Of a DNA stretch of 64,000 nucleotides, positions 58,850 to 64,000 are shown piece by piece. The notes beneath the pieces were generated by a model. It was not told the origin of the DNA and did not search any database. It saw only the letters and a program-made list of their open reading frames with translations. The DNA is from Thermodesulfobacteriota bacterium (GTDB taxonomy: Bacteria; Desulfobacterota_D; UBA1144; Nemesobacterales; Nemesobacteraceae), in the NCBI GenBank assembly GCA_965204035.1, contig OZ241964.1:1231933-1295932 (forward strand), read 5' to 3'. The stretch's first letter is position 1. Every line of letters starts with the position of its first letter. The translations under genes were made by a program, and so were the position numbers.

Positions 58850-59423
58850 AAGCCTCTACGAATGGGTTCTGGGCTGGGCGGACAGAAAGCACGGTCCCTT
58901 CGCGCTTTCCCTGGTCTCCTTCACGGAAGCATCTTTTTTCCCCATCCCCCCCGATCCGCTTCTCATGGCTCTCTGTCTCGGAAACCCGCGGAAATCATAC
59001 CGTTTCGCTCTTTACTGCTCCGTTTTTTCCGTACTGGGAGCGGCGGCGGGGTATCTCATAGGGTACTGGGTGTGGGAACTCGTCGGGGACTTTTTCACAT
59101 CGCACATCATAACCGCAGAGGCGTTCACGATTGTAGGCGACAAGTATTCGGAGAACGCGTTTGAAGCCGTTTTGGCCGCGGCCTTCACCCCCATACCTTT
59201 TAAGGCGTTTACAGTGACGGCGGGAGTCTTCAAGGTCGACTTCCTCGCCTTCATCGCCGCCTGCGCCGTGGGAAGAACGGCCAGATTCGCGATAATCGCC
59301 TTCCTTCTTTCGGTTTTCGGAGAAAGAGTAAAATTGCTTATCGACAAATACTTCAACATATTTACGGTTATATTTTTTATACTGCTTTTGGTTGGAGTAT
59401 TGCTTCTAAAGAAGCTGGGCTGA
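58842..59423 (+). CDS. YqaA-family (DedA-related) membrane protein
   Basis: 193 aa, several TM helices, FFPIPPDPLL motif typical of the YqaA/COG1238 family. Confidence 0.6.
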   Translation: MLKSLYEWVLGWADRKHGPFALSLVSFTEASFFPIPPDPLLMALCLGNPRKSYRFALYCSVFSVLGAAAGYLIGYWVWELVGDFFTSHIITAEAFTIVGDKYSENAFEAVLAAAFTPIPFKAFTVTAGVFKVDFLAFIAACAVGRTARFAIIAFLLSVFGERVKLLIDKYFNIFTVIFFILLLVGVLLLKKLG

Positions 59424-59548
59424 AGTGTCTGGAAAAAGCTTCGCGGATATGCGGGCACGGAAAGTGATTTGCTGGCACGTAACTTGCCACATAAAAACAT
59501 ATATGTTTCATAGAAACCCGGTTTCAAACTGTATCATACGTACAGATT

Positions 59549-60577
59549 ATGAGCGCTAGAAAAGTCGTTTTAATCCCGGGAGACGGCATCGGCCCGGAAA
59601 TCGCCGAAGCGACAAAGAACGTCATTGCCGCTTCAGGAGCCAAGATCGAATGGGTCATAAGAGGAGCCGGCGTGTCGGCTCTGGAAAAGTACCGGGAAGT
59701 CCTGCCGGAAGTCACTCTGGACGCCATAAGGGAACATAAAGTCGCGCTCAAGGGCCCATGCACGACCCCCATAGGAGAGGGGTTTTCATCGGTAAACGTG
59801 GAACTGAGGAAGAAACTTGACCTGTACGCGGCCGTAAGGCCGGTACGAAACATTGAGGGCGTGAGAACCAGGTTCTCCGACGTTAACATAGTCATCGTGC
59901 GCGAGAACACCGAAGGTCTTTACAGCGGTGTTGAAAACACAGTTTCCCCCGGGGTCGTTATGAGCATGAAGGTCGCGACCGAGAGAGCGTGCGAGCGAAT
60001 CGCCAGGTGGGGTTTTGAGTACGCGAGAAAAAGGGACAGAAAGAAAGTAACCGTGTTTCACAAGGCCAATATAATGAAGATTACCGACGGGCTTTTTATC
60101 AGCAAGGCAAGGGAGGTAAGCGAACAGTACCCGGATATAGAGTATGAAGAATACATCATAGACGCGGGATGCATGAGGCTGGTTCAGGATCCGGGCATGT
60201 TTGATACGCTGCTGCTTGAAAATCTCTACGGCGACGTGATGAGTGACCTCTGCGCCGGCCTTGTCGGAGGACTCGGCGTTGTTCCCGGCGCCAATATAGG
60301 GGACGAGTACTCGGTCTTTGAAGCGGTGCACGGGTCCGCGCCGGACATAGCGGGACTCGAAATAGCAAATCCGCTCGCCCTGATAATGTCAGCGGTAATG
60401 ATGTTGAGGTATCTGGCCGATTCAGAAGGAAGAGAGGATATGAGAGAAGCGGCTGACAAGATAAAAACGGCTTACAACATAGCCCTTTCAAACGGCGACA
60501 AGACCCGGGACCTGGGAGGCGACCTCAAAACGGCCGATTTTGCCAGGGTTCTCATACAGAATATACTCAAGATATAG
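59549..60577 (+). CDS. Isocitrate/isopropylmalate dehydrogenase family enzyme (probable NAD-dependent isocitrate dehydrogenase)
   Basis: LIPGDGIGPEI, NLYGDVMSDL (metal/substrate-binding loop). 342 aa. Confidence 0.7.
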   Translation: MSARKVVLIPGDGIGPEIAEATKNVIAASGAKIEWVIRGAGVSALEKYREVLPEVTLDAIREHKVALKGPCTTPIGEGFSSVNVELRKKLDLYAAVRPVRNIEGVRTRFSDVNIVIVRENTEGLYSGVENTVSPGVVMSMKVATERACERIARWGFEYARKRDRKKVTVFHKANIMKITDGLFISKAREVSEQYPDIEYEEYIIDAGCMRLVQDPGMFDTLLLENLYGDVMSDLCAGLVGGLGVVPGANIGDEYSVFEAVHGSAPDIAGLEIANPLALIMSAVMMLRYLADSEGREDMREAADKIKTAYNIALSNGDKTRDLGGDLKTADFARVLIQNILKI

Positions 60578-60619
60578 ACAGGCTCCGCCTCGCGCGCGCC
60601 GAAATGCTGGTAAACCCCG

Positions 60620-61516
60620 ATGAACAGGAACAGAAAAGTCCCCTTTCCGGTTTTTCTTCTGATCTCAACCGTGCTGAATCTCCTGCTGATTCAGCTTCTT
60701 TTCTCAGAAATACTGCCAGACCCCGAAAGTCTTAAGGACCCGCTTGAGAGAACATACATAGAACTTATCGAGATACCGGTCAAAGAGACCGAGCCTCCCG
60801 ACAAGCCGTCAAGACTCGCTGATAAGTCTCACAGGGCGGAAAAAGAGACTACGATAGATGACACGACGAAACTCTCAAGGTCCGTGCCCCAGCCGACAAA
60901 GAAAAGCACCGTGCAAAGAAAACCCGCGGGAGCCATTCAACCCGGAGAACAGGAAAAGAGCGCGGAGAGGTTCTCTCCCGAAAAAGACCGGGTCGCCATT
61001 ATACCCGAGGGAGAAAGAAATAAACCCGAAAAAAGAAAAACCAGTCCCGACCAACCGCCCGGAAGCAACCCGAGTGCCTCCGCCTCGCAGATGGTCAATC
61101 CCAGGATAGCGGACGTTCCCTTTGACTACAACACAGAAGAGCAGCTCCTTGGAACCAAGGACGTCGAGAAGGAAATCACCGTTGATCTCAACACGACGGA
61201 ATACAAGTACATCTCCTATTTCACGAAACTGAAAGAGAGAATTTACCAGGTCTGGAAATACCCCAAGGAATCGCAGATAAGAAGGGAACAGGGAAACGTG
61301 CAGATCGTCTTCACCCTCAGAAAAGACGGATATCTTGAAAACGTGAGGATAATCCACCCCTCCGGTTTCGAGAACCTGGACAGGGAAGTGCTGCGCACAA
61401 TAAGAGTGGCTTCCCCCTACAACCCATTTCCCGAGAGCTGGGATGAAGAAAAACTCAAAATACCCGCCACCTTCGATTACAAGCTTCCGAAATGGGTAAG
61501 GAGATACTACAACTGA
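60620..61516 (+). CDS. TonB-family energy transducer (N-terminal TM anchor, Pro/Lys-rich spacer, C-terminal TonB domain)
   Basis: TM helix VFLLISTVLNLLLIQLLF, a proline-rich region, and a C-terminal YP..S...EQG.V.I.F....G.L.NV.I..PSG...LD.EVLRTIRV motif. Confidence 0.75.
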   Translation: MNRNRKVPFPVFLLISTVLNLLLIQLLFSEILPDPESLKDPLERTYIELIEIPVKETEPPDKPSRLADKSHRAEKETTIDDTTKLSRSVPQPTKKSTVQRKPAGAIQPGEQEKSAERFSPEKDRVAIIPEGERNKPEKRKTSPDQPPGSNPSASASQMVNPRIADVPFDYNTEEQLLGTKDVEKEITVDLNTTEYKYISYFTKLKERIYQVWKYPKESQIRREQGNVQIVFTLRKDGYLENVRIIHPSGFENLDREVLRTIRVASPYNPFPESWDEEKLKIPATFDYKLPKWVRRYYN

Positions 61517-61526
61517 GTCTGTGTTC

Positions 61527-62570
61527 TCAGAGAATGCGGACCTTGGTGTCGGTGGCGCCAGCTTCTTTTATCTCGCCGATAAGGTAAGCCGCTTCCGACA
61601 GATCCCGCGCGAAGGACAAAGCTTCTTCGGCCTGCTCCCGCGGCAGCACCGCTATCATTCCCACCCCGCAGTTAAACGTCGAGTACATCTCGTCGCGGCT
61701 TATGTTCCCGGTTTTCATTATCAGGTCAAAAATGGGAGCAGCTTGCCAGCTTTTGCTATCAATTGCCGCAAAAAGTCCGTCAGGAATTACCCTTGAGAGG
61801 TTTCCCGGAATCCCCCCGCCCGTCACGTGGGCAAGGGCTTTTACGTCAAATTCCGCACAGAGCCCGAGAATGGCTTCCGAGTATATGACCGTGGGTGTGA
61901 GAAGTTCCTCTCCAATGGTTTTTGAGAGACCCCGGGGCTTCGAATCAATGGAGTAGCCTCCGACATCGAAAAGCACTTTTCTCGCAAGAGAGTAGCCGTT
62001 TGAATGAAGACCGCTTGAAGCAAGCCCGATTACCGCGTCGCCGGGCCTTACCCCTGCGCCGTCAATATAAAGATCTTTCTCCACCACCCCGACACAAAAA
62101 CCCGCGAGATCAAACTCCCCCTCGGCGTAAAATCCGGGCATCTCAGCCGTCTCGCCCCCGATGAGCACGCACCCCGCCTGGACACATCCCTCGCAGATAC
62201 CTTTTACCACCGCAGCTGCCTGCCCGGAGTCAAGCTTCGAAGTAGCCAGGTAATCAAGGAAGAACAGAGGTTTCGCGCCGCACGTAATCACGTCGTTAAC
62301 GCTCATGGCGACCAGATCTATTCCTATCGTATCAAATTTGCGCGCGGAAAAAGCCGTTTTGAGTTTCGTGCCGACGCCGTCTGTGGCCGATACAAGCAGG
62401 GGCTCGCGGAAAGCATCCGTATCAAGCGGAAAAGCGCCCGCAAAACCCCCGAGCGGGCTTACTTTGCTTTTGCCGTAGGTCGACTCGACCAGAGGCCTTA
62501 TAAGCCGCACGAACCTCTCGCCTTCCTCAACGTCAACACCGGCACTTTTGTAAGTAGTCTCTTCCGACAC
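61527..62570 (-). CDS. purM: Phosphoribosylformylglycinamidine cyclo-ligase (AIR synthetase)
   Basis: MSEETTYKSAGVDVEEGERFV N-terminus; the GFAGAFPL and GGETAEMP motifs are both recognisable. Confidence 0.9.
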   Translation of the reverse strand: MSEETTYKSAGVDVEEGERFVRLIRPLVESTYGKSKVSPLGGFAGAFPLDTDAFREPLLVSATDGVGTKLKTAFSARKFDTIGIDLVAMSVNDVITCGAKPLFFLDYLATSKLDSGQAAAVVKGICEGCVQAGCVLIGGETAEMPGFYAEGEFDLAGFCVGVVEKDLYIDGAGVRPGDAVIGLASSGLHSNGYSLARKVLFDVGGYSIDSKPRGLSKTIGEELLTPTVIYSEAILGLCAEFDVKALAHVTGGGIPGNLSRVIPDGLFAAIDSKSWQAAPIFDLIMKTGNISRDEMYSTFNCGVGMIAVLPREQAEEALSFARDLSEAAYLIGEIKEAGATDTKVRIL

Positions 62571-62588
62571 GAAAAAAGAGGCCGTCTG

Positions 62589-63203
62589 TTAATTAACGAC
62601 CTTCATGGACAAAATAGACACCGTCTCGACGGGAACATCTCCCGGTCTGGTCTGAACAGCGGCGATTTTGTCAACAACTTCGATTCCCTCAACCACTTTC
62701 CCGAACACAGCATAGCCGAAATCGCGCGCGCCGTGATCAAGGAAAGAGTTGTCCCTGTGATTTATAAAAAACTGCGATGTCGCGGAGTCCACAACGGCGG
62801 TCCTGGCCATCGCTATGGTGCCGCGTTCATTTTTAAGACCGTTATCGGCCTCGTTTTTTATCGGGGCTTTAGCAGGCTTCTGCTTCATGTCCGCAGTGAT
62901 GCCACCGCCCTGTACCATGAAATTATTTATCACCCTGTGAAATATGGTGCTATCGTAAAATCCTTCTTCCACATAGGAAAGAAAATTCGCCACGGTAATC
63001 GGCGCTTCTTTTTCATAAAGCTCGAGTTTTATGTCGCCCAGCGAAGTTGAAATAAGAACCATTGGTTTTCTCCTTTCTTTCTTGCCGCTCGATTTAGCGG
63101 ACGTATTTTTGTTGTGACTGTGATCAGAATGAGAGTACCCCTCCCCAGGAAAAGCAATAAAGATAAAAACAAAGCATAGAGCGAAAACAGTTGCGTTTTT
63201 CAT
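62589..63203 (-). CDS. Cyclophilin-type peptidyl-prolyl cis-trans isomerase, secreted (signal peptide)
   Basis: Signal peptide plus a cyclophilin core ([22 protein letters not shown]). Confidence 0.85.
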   Translation of the reverse strand: MKNATVFALCFVFIFIAFPGEGYSHSDHSHNKNTSAKSSGKKERRKPMVLISTSLGDIKLELYEKEAPITVANFLSYVEEGFYDSTIFHRVINNFMVQGGGITADMKQKPAKAPIKNEADNGLKNERGTIAMARTAVVDSATSQFFINHRDNSFLDHGARDFGYAVFGKVVEGIEVVDKIAAVQTRPGDVPVETVSILSMKVVN

Positions 63204-63463
63204 TGGAAACCTCTGGATCGTAGATTTAAGAAGAAATGGAATTCGTTCTATCTAAAACGGGCGGCAAAAAGTTCCTCAGACACTGTGGGCTTTCTTCTTC
63301 CCGTCGCCCGTAATGATAGCACAAAGAAGTGAAACAGTGAACTTTTATTTCCCTGCCCAAGTGAGCAAAAGAGGCAGCGCCGTGTTTACAGCGTCCCCGG
63401 CTAAAGGGATAATTACCCGTGCGCTTTACACCCCGCGCGAACACCAAAAAACGGAGACAGACA

Positions 63464-64000
63464 ATGAGCAGACCCGAATTCGGAGTAATGCTGAGGCAGC
63501 AGAAAATAGATTTTGAGGATATAAAGGCCGCGGCGCAGTTATGCGACTCGACCGGATACGATTCCGTTTGGTTCTACGATCATGTTCTAGGTCAGGGAAT
63601 AATAGGCATAGACATCTATGAACCCTGGACTCTGATGTCCGCACTCTCGACAGCAACGGAGAACATTAAGCTCGGAACGATGGTGCTCTGCAACCCGTTC
63701 AGGCACCCTCCCCTGCTTGCCAAGATGGCTTCAACGCTCGATGTGATAAGCAACGGACGCCTGGAATTCGCAATAGGGGCCGGATGGTTTGAGGAGGAAT
63801 TTCGCGCTTACGGGTATCCCTTTCCCTCAACGAAAGAAAGAATAGAGATGCTGAGAGAAGCGGTGACGATACTCAAACTGATGTGGACTGATGAAACCGC
63901 CTCTTTTTCGGGCAAGCATTACAAAGTGGAAAACGCGTTTTGTAACCCCAAGCCCGTTCAGCGTCCCCACATTCCCGTATGCATCGGAGGTTCCGGAGAA
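63464..64000 (+). CDS. LLM-class (luciferase-like) flavin/F420-dependent oxidoreductase, N-terminal part (continues beyond the window)
   Basis: Frame open to the window end from the ATG at 63464. MSRPEFGVMLRQQ...GYDSVWFYDHV...LGTMVLCNPFRHPPLLAKMASTLDVISNGRLEFAIGAGW is typical of LLM proteins. Confidence 0.7.
   Translation, partial: MSRPEFGVMLRQQKIDFEDIKAAAQLCDSTGYDSVWFYDHVLGQGIIGIDIYEPWTLMSALSTATENIKLGTMVLCNPFRHPPLLAKMASTLDVISNGRLEFAIGAGWFEEEFRAYGYPFPSTKERIEMLREAVTILKLMWTDETASFSGKHYKVENAFCNPKPVQRPHIPVCIGGSGE

Overview
This 64 kb window is a bacterial chromosomal segment with mostly GC-rich (~55-60%) housekeeping genes and several lower-GC accessory insertions.

Core content:
- A minus-strand rRNA operon (16S, tRNA-Ile, tRNA-Ala, 23S) with no 5S gene nearby.
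- Housekeeping genes: sucD (3' end), rmuC, cysS, nnr, tsaE, lysC, a cimA/leuA-type synthase, trhO, moeB-rhodanese, two cspA copies, dnaX-ybaB-recR (preceded by a candidate SRP RNA), cstA, an ABC-F ATPase, clpS-clpA, murI, etfBA, rpiB, asd, dapA, rnhB, surE, an IDH-family dehydrogenase, tonB, purM, a cyclophilin and a partial LLM oxidoreductase.
- Five tRNAs: Leu(CAA), Ser(GGA), Pro(GGG), Pro(CGG), plus Ile and Ala in the rrn spacer.

Accessory or unusual content:
1. A single ORF fusing a hydantoinase-B/oxoprolinase domain to an M19 membrane-dipeptidase domain.
2. Several toxin-antitoxin modules in different states of decay: a VapC with two tandem Phd-type antitoxin copies and a palindromic operator; an AbrB-type antitoxin followed by a 42-codon PIN remnant; an orphan MazE-like gene; an orphan Phd-like gene.
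3. A PUA-like/HNH nuclease immediately upstream of the rRNA promoter region.
4. A ~3.5 kb low-GC island carrying a gamma-class N6-adenine methyltransferase, a putative restriction endonuclease and a Phd-like gene, flanked by ~50 bp imperfect direct repeats (38984-39036 and 42531-42580).
5. A ~2 kb low-GC island encoding an S41-peptidase lipoprotein whose promoter spacer contains a 12-G homopolymer (candidate phase-variation switch).
6. A solo IS200/IS605-family tnpB inserted between asd and dapA.
7. Three independent tandem duplications (Phd antitoxin, csp unit, cupin gene).
8. A radical-SAM/SPASM-like gene divergent from a small Cys-rich protein gene.
9. An operon of a membrane protein, a PolB-type 3'-5' exonuclease and trhO.

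No CRISPR array was seen. All domain assignments are from reading the translations, with no database search.
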